Shown here piece by piece: positions 9,869-18,075 of a stretch of DNA of 64,000 nt; the first letter of the stretch is position 1, and every line of letters starts with the position of its first letter. The translations under genes were made by a program, and so were the position numbers. Source of the stretch: Nitrospirota bacterium (lineage in GTDB: Bacteria; Nitrospirota; UBA9217); contig CAWJQQ010000001.1 in NCBI GenBank assembly GCA_963845065.1, positions 384,001 through 448,000 of the forward strand, given 5' to 3'. The notes under the pieces were generated by a model. The model was given only the letters and a program-made list of their open reading frames with translations. It searched no databases and was not told where the DNA came from.

Positions 9869-10740
9869 AACCCCGTCATGAGCTGGTCGATGATTTTGTA
9901 AGCGTCTTCCTGACCCTTGGTGGTCAAATGTAGGTAAATCATCGTGGTCTCAAGGCTGGAGTGGCCCATATACTGCTGGATGACGCTCAGATTCACGCCG
10001 GCTTCGAGCAGGTGAGTAGCATAGGCGTGGCGAAGCGTGTGGATGGAGACGTTGCGTTTCTGAATACCCGCTGCGCGTACCGCGTTCTGAAGCGCCGCCT
10101 GCACCGTACTGTATGAAACCGGTTTCCGAATGTCCGAGCCATCTTTGTATATGCCCCGTGAGGGAAAAATCAATCGGGGGTTTTTGTGAGTGGCCCAATG
10201 CTTCCGCAAAAGAGCATACGTCGTACGGGGAAGCGGAACATAACGGTCTTTAGTGCCTTTCCCCCGGTGGATATGGATCATCATACGGTGTTTATCGATG
10301 TCCGGGACTTCGAGGTGTAGCGCTTCCTGGAGCCGAAGGCCGCAGGAATAGACTGTGGAGAGGAAGGCGTGGTTGCGAGGAGACGTGACGCGGGAAAGGG
10401 TGGCGCGTACCTCTTCGATACTAAGCACAGTCGGAAGCCGGTGTTCAGTTTGCGCCCGAATGATGCTCAGGATATGCCAGTCACGGCGCAGGACGTTCTC
10501 AAAGAAAAAGCGGATGCCGGCATAGCAGACAGCCATGGTTTTGGGCGCCCACTTGCGAACGTTCCTGCAATGGAGGAAGTATTCCTGAAGCTCTTCTTCG
10601 GTGATGAGATCGGGGGTTTTGTTGCCGAAATGCTCAATGAGTAATCGGACTGCGCGTGTGTAACTTTCTTGCGTTGTGTCGCCCTTACCGCTCAGTTGCA
10701 GGGCTTCTTTGGACTTCTCGTACCAGTTTTCCATGACCAT
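9865..10740 (-). CDS. Tyrosine recombinase/integrase
   Basis: GLRLQE, GKGTKDR, HTLRH, MGH, TTMIY; complete catalytic set. Confidence 0.95.
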   Translation of the reverse strand: MVMENWYEKSKEALQLSGKGDTTQESYTRAVRLLIEHFGNKTPDLITEEELQEYFLHCRNVRKWAPKTMAVCYAGIRFFFENVLRRDWHILSIIRAQTEHRLPTVLSIEEVRATLSRVTSPRNHAFLSTVYSCGLRLQEALHLEVPDIDKHRMMIHIHRGKGTKDRYVPLPRTTYALLRKHWATHKNPRLIFPSRGIYKDGSDIRKPVSYSTVQAALQNAVRAAGIQKRNVSIHTLRHAYATHLLEAGVNLSVIQQYMGHSSLETTMIYLHLTTKGQEDAYKIIDQLMTGF

Positions 10741-10876
10741 ACTCTCCTTGTGCTACAAGATTGAACTGCATTGGAGATGTATGGTAACACGGAGATTATT
10801 CAGGAAATATCAGACAAGGTGGGATGGACGCAGGATGGATGCTTTGCTCTTCTGCCGCGGAGCGGCTTACTTGAAT

Positions 10877-11075
10877 CCAATCTGTTTTTGGTCCCAGAGG
10901 CAATGATACTGACTGTACCCTTTAATAATATTTCACGTAAAGTACATCCATCCATTAGATTGCTTCGGTATCGTTAACTTTGTCACACCGCATAAATTAT
11001 GACATGCTTATGCGACGCATTTACTTGAGAACGGTGCCGACATGCGGGAGTTCTGGTTCTTCTCGGACATGTTGT
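10877..11075 (+). pseudogene. XerC/D-like recombinase C-terminal remnant
   Basis: FVTPHKL*HAYATHLLENGADMR then frameshifted VLVLLGH. Confidence 0.75.
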
Positions 11076-11105
11076 TTCCGAATCGCTGATATCTAAATAA
11101 GAAGC

Positions 11106-11134
11106 TTGACAGCTGCATATTAAGAGACTATCCT
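11106..11134 (+). promoter_or_regulatory. Sigma70-type promoter upstream of the methyltransferase
   Basis: TTGACA-17 nt-TATCCT. Confidence 0.6.
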
Positions 11135-11440
11135 AACCAATATTGAAACCAATTTTTATTGGATTCTACATTGTATTTGCTCCCTCTCTTCTAGAAAAAT
11201 CCAATAAACTGAATTCATTCAAGTCACCAAGTCAGGCGAATGACTAAGTTCGAGGTTACGACAAAACAATGAAGTACTTCTCTGATAGCGTATCAGGTTG
11301 CCGATCCAAAGTTCATCTGCCGGCCTATGAAACAGGTTAGCCTCAGGAAGGAAGTGCGATCGTCGCATATTAGCGATACTTAAGATTCCTAAGCCTATAG
11401 ATAGTGTACATTGGACGAGTTATTTATAAGGAGAATAATT

Positions 11441-12493
11441 ATGGAAAATATAGAGACGTATCGGGGGGAAGAGGTTAAGGGTGGCAGCGGGTTTGTTAAT
11501 GAAGGAGCAAAGCGATATTTAGAATTTCTTTACACGAAAACAGAGCGATACGTCGAACAGCTGAGAGATTTTGAAGTGAGATGTTCTCACCCAGGGGCGA
11601 ACGAGGAGAAACTACTTGAAGAGATTACTGTCTTGAATGACTCGATGCTTGGAACCTGTGCACAGTTTGAGAAGGACGTGAATGATACGTTTATCATTAA
11701 ATCGGCACAGGTTGATTTCAGAGAAAAAACAAATCCTATCTTGGCCAAAAGCTATTGTATCAACCGAACCAGAGTATGGCCTCAAGGGCATCAGGGAGAC
11801 TATAATACCTTGGAAATTGCATACAAGAATTCTCCCATGTCCGACGGCATGGGATATTACCTTGACAAGTATATGCTATCTGTAACACTTGCAGTCGGCG
11901 TGAGAGAGCGGATCGTGAAACTTCGGGAACTGCTAAAAAAAGAGTTAATCAACAGGCGCGATCCTAAAGTCCTCGACGTGGCTTGCGGTTCCTGTCGAGA
12001 GGTCTTCGAATTAGCACCGGAGATCAAAACATCAGGTGCCAAGTTTACCTGTGTTGATCTGGACGCTGCTGCCTTGGATTTCGCCCTCGATCGTTTTGCA
12101 TATGCAGGACTCTCGGAAGATTACGTGGAATTGCGCCAATACAATGCTCTCAGAATATTCGATTACGAGACGGCGGTTGCGGAATTCGGGATGCAAGATA
12201 TTATCTACAGTGTCGGCTATTTTGATTATCTCCCCAACGATTTCCTCGTGAGATTGTTAAGTTCCCTGTATAAGATGCTCACGCCTGGCGGGAAACTCAT
12301 TGCTTCCTTCAAAGATGTTAATCGTTACCGTCCACAATTTTACCATTGGCTCGTCAACTGGGATGGATTCTTACAGCGCTCCGAGGCTGATTTCGAAAGA
12401 TTGCTTCAATACGCCAATATCCCCGGCAGTGCTATAACAATGTCCCGGGTCGATTCGGGAGCGATTATCTTCTACACTATCACGAAAGAGTGA
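11441..12493 (+). CDS. PhcB-like class I SAM-dependent methyltransferase
   Basis: AAGGAG RBS; WPQGHQGDY..Y.N.P..G..LD..AVGVRER region resembling PhcB-family proteins; VLDVACGS, YSVGYFDYL, LTPGG. Confidence 0.8.
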   Translation: MENIETYRGEEVKGGSGFVNEGAKRYLEFLYTKTERYVEQLRDFEVRCSHPGANEEKLLEEITVLNDSMLGTCAQFEKDVNDTFIIKSAQVDFREKTNPILAKSYCINRTRVWPQGHQGDYNTLEIAYKNSPMSDGMGYYLDKYMLSVTLAVGVRERIVKLRELLKKELINRRDPKVLDVACGSCREVFELAPEIKTSGAKFTCVDLDAAALDFALDRFAYAGLSEDYVELRQYNALRIFDYETAVAEFGMQDIIYSVGYFDYLPNDFLVRLLSSLYKMLTPGGKLIASFKDVNRYRPQFYHWLVNWDGFLQRSEADFERLLQYANIPGSAITMSRVDSGAIIFYTITKE

Positions 12494-12603
12494 TCCGCTG
12501 CGTGGTGGAAATACCTTAGAGCATGAGGGATGCAGGGATGGGTATGCTCCCTTTAAGAGAGTAGATGTTGGCCCAGATCTTCGCTCTGAACAAGGTTTTT
12601 ACC

Positions 12604-12632
12604 TTGTAAAGACGCGGGAAAAGTGTTATAAA
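12604..12632 (+). promoter_or_regulatory. Sigma70-type promoter for the fab operon
   Basis: TTGTAA-17 nt-TATAAA with extended -10 TG. Confidence 0.55.
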
Positions 12633-12696
12633 TGACACGCTAATCCATCCACTCATTCGGGAGCTGGGCCTGAAAAAGAATTCGCTTTTTAATAAG

Positions 12697-13422
12697 GTGG
12701 CGCTCGTCACGGGCGGGACGAGGGGTATTGGCCGCGCCATAGTCCTCGCTATCTGCGGCGAGGGTGCCGATTGCGCGTTTACTTTTACCAAAGACCGTGC
12801 AGCAGCAGACTCCCTTGTTGAAGAAGTCCTTCGAATGGGCAGAAAGGCACTGCCATTTCGACTTGACGTGCGGGATTTTGACGGCGCTAACACGCTCGTT
12901 GAGGAGGTGAAGAAAGAATTCGGAAGACTCGATATCCTCATCAACAACGCCGGTATAACAAAGGACAAGTCGCTCATGATGATGAATAAGGAAGACTGGT
13001 CCGAAGTAATAGATATTAATCTTACCGGTGTTTTTAACACTTCGCGAGCTTGCATTATCACCTTTCTCAAACAAAAAAGCGGGAACATCGTGAACATGTC
13101 ATCAGTCAGTGGCATCCACCCGCTCCCCAGCCAGGTAAATTACGCGGCGGCAAAGGCAGGCGTGATCGGCTTTACCAAATCACTGGCTAAGGAAGTAGCT
13201 TCCTATAACATCAGGGTCAATGCCGTTGCCCCCGGTTTCATCAACACCGAGATGACGGCGGCGCTCAGCGCGAAATCCAAGGATAGATTTTTGAACATGA
13301 TACCGCTTCACAGATTTGGCACTTCCGATGAAGTGGCGAAGGCAGTACTGTTTTTGCTTAGTGACGAGTCCCAGTACATAACCGGGCAAGTACTACAGCT
13401 TGATGGGGGATTGGGGATTTAA
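12697..13422 (+). CDS. fabG: 3-oxoacyl-ACP reductase
   Basis: TGGTRGIG, NNAGIT, YAAAK, VAPGFI; true start may be CTG 12670. Confidence 0.93.
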   Translation: MALVTGGTRGIGRAIVLAICGEGADCAFTFTKDRAAADSLVEEVLRMGRKALPFRLDVRDFDGANTLVEEVKKEFGRLDILINNAGITKDKSLMMMNKEDWSEVIDINLTGVFNTSRACIITFLKQKSGNIVNMSSVSGIHPLPSQVNYAAAKAGVIGFTKSLAKEVASYNIRVNAVAPGFINTEMTAALSAKSKDRFLNMIPLHRFGTSDEVAKAVLFLLSDESQYITGQVLQLDGGLGI

Positions 13423-13429
13423 CCCGGGA

Positions 13430-14662
13430 ATGAGCGGAAGAATAGCAATTACCGGCATCGGTGTTCTCTCGCCTATTGCGATCGGCAGAGAGGCATATTG
13501 GGAAGGATTGTACCAGGGTAAAACGGGATTTCGCCCTGTGACTCTCTTTGACTCTGCACCTTTTAGTGTGCACCTTGCAGGCGAGGTACCTAATTTTGAC
13601 CCGGTTTCATTCCTCGGCAAGAAAGGCCTACGGGACCTTGACAGGAGCACGAGGTTGGTATGCTCTGCCGCCAAACTCGCTATAGAGGACAGTAAACTTG
13701 AGATAACCGAGGCAAATACTCACTCCATGGGGGTCTCACTCGGGACGACGTTCGGGAGCCTCCACAGCATCTCACAGTTCGACCGCTCGGGCCTCATCGA
13801 AGGACCGCGGTCCGTCAATCCCTCACACTTCCCGAACACCGTGATTAACTCCCCTGCCAGCCAAGTGTCCATTCGTTTTAAAATCAAAGGGTTTAATACT
13901 ACCATATCAACGGGTTTCTGCGCCAGCCTCGACTCCGTCTCTTTTGCCGCGGACTTCATACGACTAAACAGGGCCGACGTCGTCCTTGCAGGCGGGGTCG
14001 AAGAACTGTGCGAGGAAACCTTCATGGGATTTCATAACCTAGGTTATCTGTCGGGTGTTGACGGCTCGGAGCCCCATTGCTGTCCCTTCGACGCCCGTAG
14101 GAATGGAACCATCTTGTCCGAAGGCGCGGCCATTCTGGTCCTTGAAGATGAGGATCATGCGTTAAAAAGAGGCGCGACCATTTTAGCACTTGTTCTGGGG
14201 TACGGCAATGCCTTTGATCCTTCGGCAGACAGCTCCTTCGATCATGCAGGACAAGGGTTAAAGAATGCCAGTGTTCATGCTTTAAAAGATGCTTCTTTAG
14301 ATCCGAAAGACATAGATTATATCTGCGCCTGCTCCAATTCAACGAAGGGGCTGGACAGAATGGAGACAAGGATCATAAAAGAACTTTTCGGCGACCATGC
14401 CTTCAAGATACCGGTAAGTTCAGTAAAGTCCATGGTGGGAGAATCGTATTCGGCTTCCGGCGCGCTATCGCTCGCAGCAGCAGTAGGCGCGCTCCAGAAT
14501 GTATTCATCCCACCCACAGTGAATTATCATGAACGAGATCCTGAGTGCGATCTTGATTATGTTCCTGGCAAGGCGCGGCAAATGCAGATAGAGAACGTAC
14601 TTGTAATTTCAGCAGACCCATACGGCCAGAATACCGCCGTCATTCTAGGACGATACGCGTAG
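13430..14662 (+). CDS. Ketosynthase-fold protein lacking both catalytic His (chain-length-factor-like)
   Basis: TGFCAS keeps the Cys; HGTST replaced by CSNST; KSMxGH replaced by KSMVGE; NSFGFGG replaced by ISADPYG. Confidence 0.85.
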   Translation: MSGRIAITGIGVLSPIAIGREAYWEGLYQGKTGFRPVTLFDSAPFSVHLAGEVPNFDPVSFLGKKGLRDLDRSTRLVCSAAKLAIEDSKLEITEANTHSMGVSLGTTFGSLHSISQFDRSGLIEGPRSVNPSHFPNTVINSPASQVSIRFKIKGFNTTISTGFCASLDSVSFAADFIRLNRADVVLAGGVEELCEETFMGFHNLGYLSGVDGSEPHCCPFDARRNGTILSEGAAILVLEDEDHALKRGATILALVLGYGNAFDPSADSSFDHAGQGLKNASVHALKDASLDPKDIDYICACSNSTKGLDRMETRIIKELFGDHAFKIPVSSVKSMVGESYSASGALSLAAAVGALQNVFIPPTVNYHERDPECDLDYVPGKARQMQIENVLVISADPYGQNTAVILGRYA

Positions 14663-14722
14663 CGCATGCAACAGAACGGCTGACTTGTTTTTGCGCTGTC
14701 TTATGCCGAGATCAGGTGACCG

Positions 14723-15163
14723 ATGCAGCTAGATTTTGAAGAGATTCAGAAATTCATTCCTCAGCGATTTCCCTTCATTATGATCGACAGGGTCCTTGAG
14801 ATCGAACCGGGGAAACACGCAATTGCCGTGAAGAATATTTCGGGCAATGATATGGTTTTCCTCGGCCATTTTCCCGAGAAAGCCATCATGCCCGGCGCAC
14901 TCATCATCGAGGCCATGGCGCAGACTGCCATCATCCTTTTTGCGACAAATAGAAAAAACGAAAACGCGGCCAAAAAACATTTGTATTACTTCGGGTCAGT
15001 CAAGGCACGATTTCTCCGCCCCGCGGTACCCGGTGACCAGTTAAAGATTAAGGTCGTAAATGTCAAATCCCTGCCGAATGTTGCCTATGTGTCGGGCGAG
15101 GCATTTGTAGACGATAAAAAAATAACCGAAGCGGAATTGGTTTTCAGCGTGAAAGATGAATAA
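14723..15163 (+). CDS. fabZ: 3-hydroxyacyl-ACP dehydratase
   Basis: IPQRFPFIMIDRV, FLGHFP..IMPGALIIEAMAQ. Confidence 0.93.
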   Translation: MQLDFEEIQKFIPQRFPFIMIDRVLEIEPGKHAIAVKNISGNDMVFLGHFPEKAIMPGALIIEAMAQTAIILFATNRKNENAAKKHLYYFGSVKARFLRPAVPGDQLKIKVVNVKSLPNVAYVSGEAFVDDKKITEAELVFSVKDE

Positions 15164-16364
15164 GAGAGTTGTCATAACAGGCATGGGAGTCATATCTTCC
15201 ATCGGCATCGGCAAGGACGAATTCTGGGATAGTCTGCTTCAGGGAAAGTCCGGCATAAGCCCTGTTACTACTTTTGATACGACAAACCATTTTACTCATA
15301 ATGGCGGTGAGGTCAAGATTTTTAAACCTGAGCAGTTTATTCCGAAAGAGTGTCTGAAGTTCATGAATCGTGCCACCCAGATGGCGTTGGCTTCGGCAAA
15401 ACTTGCAGTAAAAGATGCCGCGCTAACATCTGAAGAATTAAACCACCATGTAATCGGAGTTTCTCATGGCACAACGCTGGGTGCGGCACAAGCTATTGAA
15501 GACATTGACTTGCTGCTCATTAACCAGAAAGAAGTGGGGAAAGAACTATTTTTCCAAATGCCGCCACATACAGCGCCAGCCGCAATTGCGAAGGAGTTCA
15601 ACTGCAACGGACCGCATTTCATGGTCTCGACAGCCTGTGCTGCAGGAAATTATGCAATCGCCTATGCTTATGATTTGGTCAGGCTGAACAGGGCTGAAAT
15701 CATGATTGCCGGCGCATCGGATGGAATATCTCGTATTGAATATACGGGTTTTAATCAGTTCTCAGCTGTCGCTCCCGAAAGATGTCAACCTTTTGATAAA
15801 AACAGGAAAGGTATGATGCTTGCTGAAGGGGCTGGAATGCTCGTGTTAGAATCATTAGAGAATGCCATAAAAAGGAAGGCGCCGATATACGCTGAAATAG
15901 CAGGTTATGGCCTCAGTTGCGATGCGCATCATATGACGAATGCCTCAATGGCAGGAATTGTCGAATGCATGAAAAAGGCAATGAGGGAGGCAGGCATTAC
16001 TATAGATGATGTGGACTACATCAGTGCCCACGGCACAGGAACGCAGGCAAATGATCGCGCGGAATGTGCCGCCATTAAAGAGGTCTTCGGGACTCGTTAT
16101 AGTAAAATTCCCATCAGTTCCATTAAGTCCATGCTCGGCCATACCATGGGAGCGGCTTCCGCTTTAGAAGCAATTACCTGTGCCCTTGTCGTGAAAAACG
16201 ACATCATGCCCCCAACAATCAATTACGAAACCCCTGATCCGGAATGTGATATCGATTGTGTACCCAATCAGGCAAGAAAGAATACTGTGAATATCGCATT
16301 AAACAATTCATATGCCTTCGGAGGCAATAATGCTTCTGTAGTTGTAAAAAAATATATCCGCTGA
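15156..16364 (+). CDS. fabF: Beta-ketoacyl-ACP synthase (active KS)
   Basis: STACAAG, SAHGTGT, KSMLGH, NSYAFGG; intact Cys-His-His triad. Confidence 0.93.
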   Translation: MNKRVVITGMGVISSIGIGKDEFWDSLLQGKSGISPVTTFDTTNHFTHNGGEVKIFKPEQFIPKECLKFMNRATQMALASAKLAVKDAALTSEELNHHVIGVSHGTTLGAAQAIEDIDLLLINQKEVGKELFFQMPPHTAPAAIAKEFNCNGPHFMVSTACAAGNYAIAYAYDLVRLNRAEIMIAGASDGISRIEYTGFNQFSAVAPERCQPFDKNRKGMMLAEGAGMLVLESLENAIKRKAPIYAEIAGYGLSCDAHHMTNASMAGIVECMKKAMREAGITIDDVDYISAHGTGTQANDRAECAAIKEVFGTRYSKIPISSIKSMLGHTMGAASALEAITCALVVKNDIMPPTINYETPDPECDIDCVPNQARKNTVNIALNNSYAFGGNNASVVVKKYIR

Positions 16365-16639
16365 TGAAGGAGAACAAAATGGTAAATGATGTTGAGAAAA
16401 AAATTGTGTCAATCATTGCAGATGTTTCCGGAATTGACGAGGAGGAGATAACGCCAGAAAAAAACTTTTTTAAAGACCTGGAAATAGATTCGATTAAGGC
16501 CATCGAAATCACGGTAGCTATTGAAAAGAAGTTTAAAATATCGGTACGGGACGAGGACGTCCCTAAAATAACCACCGTCCAGCAGGCTGTGGCATTGGTA
16601 AATAAGTTACTTAATCAGGTGCCTCCTATAAATGTTTAA
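16364..16639 (+). CDS. Acyl carrier protein
   Basis: DLEIDSIKAIEI phosphopantetheine serine motif. Confidence 0.93.
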   Translation: MKENKMVNDVEKKIVSIIADVSGIDEEEITPEKNFFKDLEIDSIKAIEITVAIEKKFKISVRDEDVPKITTVQQAVALVNKLLNQVPPINV

Positions 16640-18065
16640 GACCGCTACGGATACCTATGATACAGTCATAATAGGCGCAGGTATAAGCGGTTTGGTCTGT
16701 GGATGTTTCCTTGCAAAAGCAGGCATGAAGGTGCTTATTGCGGAGCGACATATTAAACCCGGCGGATACTGCACATCCTTTAAAAGAAACGGTTTTACTT
16801 TTGATGCCGCTGCCCACTCGTTCGGAGGTTATAAGTATGGTATCCTTGGGAAAGTTTTCGAAGACCTCGGAGTAAATAAAGAATTATCAATAAAAAAAAT
16901 TGACCCTTCAGACATTGTCGTAACTCCAGATTATCGGGTTTCTTTCTGGTCCGATGTGGATAAAACAATTGAGGGTTTTCAATCAGCTTTTCCAAAAGAA
17001 TCCGATAACATTAAGAGATTTTTTTATTTTTTAGTAAGTCCTGATCCTATGTTTTTTACGCGAATTAGGAGCTGGACGTTCAAAAATTTACTGGATGGAT
17101 ATTTTACTGATGATAAACTGAAAGCCACTTTATCCTTTCCCCTTTTCGGTAATGGGGGACTGCCGCCGTCCCTTATGTCTGCATTCATAGGAGCTAAAAT
17201 TTTTAAGGAATTTCTTCTCGACGGAGGATATCATCTCGCGGGAGGAATGCAGGCACTGCCAGATGCTTTGGCAAAAAGATTTAGAGATTTCGGTGGTGAT
17301 TTACGATTATCATCCCCTGTAAAAACAATCAGCGTAAAAAATAGTGAAGTTAAAGGAGTGATGTTGGAAAAAGGGGAATTTGTCCCTTCGCGGTTAGTAG
17401 TCTCTAACTCAGATGCCAAGCTGACTTTTTTAACACTTCTAGGGGAAAAGGTCTTAAGCCAGGATTTTATGGATAACCTTGCCCATATGGTTGCCTCATT
17501 GTCGACGTTCATTGTATACTTAGGCGTAGACAAGTCTAAAAAAAAATTACCTAATCCGGGAATTAATCTTTGGTACCTGTCTCAGTATGATTTACATCGA
17601 ACATATCTTGCTACGCAAAAAGGCAATTTTCGAGATATGGGAAGATATTTGACGCATGTTTCGCCTGACCAGACGACAGTCTTAGCCTTTATAAATGCAC
17701 CTTTTAAAAGTAGGGAATATTGGAAAAACAATAGGAACAAGCTTGCAGATTCTTTAATTCATTCAATTGAAGCGCATTCCATACCAGAATTGTCAAAATA
17801 CATTATCTACAAAGAAACTGCGACTCCTCACACACTGTTTCGTTATACTTTGAATCATAAAGGATCCGCATATGGATGGGAAAGTACTCCGACACAGCTG
17901 GCAAATCCTGAATTTAGAAAACCTTCTTGTATACGTGGTCTTTACTTAACAGGACATTGGACAACGCATGGGCTAGGGATTCCGGGTGTCACTTACGTAA
18001 GTTATGACACTGCCAGGATGATTCTAAAAGAAAAACAAAAAATTATCAAAAAAGTGGTAAATTAG
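16632..18065 (+). CDS. Phytoene desaturase (CrtI)-like FAD oxidoreductase
   Basis: IIGAGISGL, ERHIKPGGYCTSFKRNGFTFD, TPHTLFRYTLN..GSAYGW, GLYLTGHWT..GLG. Confidence 0.88.
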   Translation: MFKTATDTYDTVIIGAGISGLVCGCFLAKAGMKVLIAERHIKPGGYCTSFKRNGFTFDAAAHSFGGYKYGILGKVFEDLGVNKELSIKKIDPSDIVVTPDYRVSFWSDVDKTIEGFQSAFPKESDNIKRFFYFLVSPDPMFFTRIRSWTFKNLLDGYFTDDKLKATLSFPLFGNGGLPPSLMSAFIGAKIFKEFLLDGGYHLAGGMQALPDALAKRFRDFGGDLRLSSPVKTISVKNSEVKGVMLEKGEFVPSRLVVSNSDAKLTFLTLLGEKVLSQDFMDNLAHMVASLSTFIVYLGVDKSKKKLPNPGINLWYLSQYDLHRTYLATQKGNFRDMGRYLTHVSPDQTTVLAFINAPFKSREYWKNNRNKLADSLIHSIEAHSIPELSKYIIYKETATPHTLFRYTLNHKGSAYGWESTPTQLANPEFRKPSCIRGLYLTGHWTTHGLGIPGVTYVSYDTARMILKEKQKIIKKVVN

Positions 18066-18075
18066 TACTTACGAT

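Larger units (their letters stand above)
8490..10876 (-). mobile_element. Tyrosine recombinase + IS91-type transposase element
   Basis: Two overlapping genes bounded by imperfect inverted ends ATTCAAGAAGCC..GCGGCAG / CTGCCGC..GGCTTACTTGAAT. Confidence 0.75.

Noticed and set aside
9865..10740. Integron integrase
   Set aside because: Short, with no IntI-specific insertion evident; coupled to an IS91 transposase and no attC array seen
12697..18065. Ladderane lipid or housekeeping fatty acid operon
   Set aside because: No radical SAM genes and no fabD/fabH/plsX; a His-less KS and a sensor kinase are embedded
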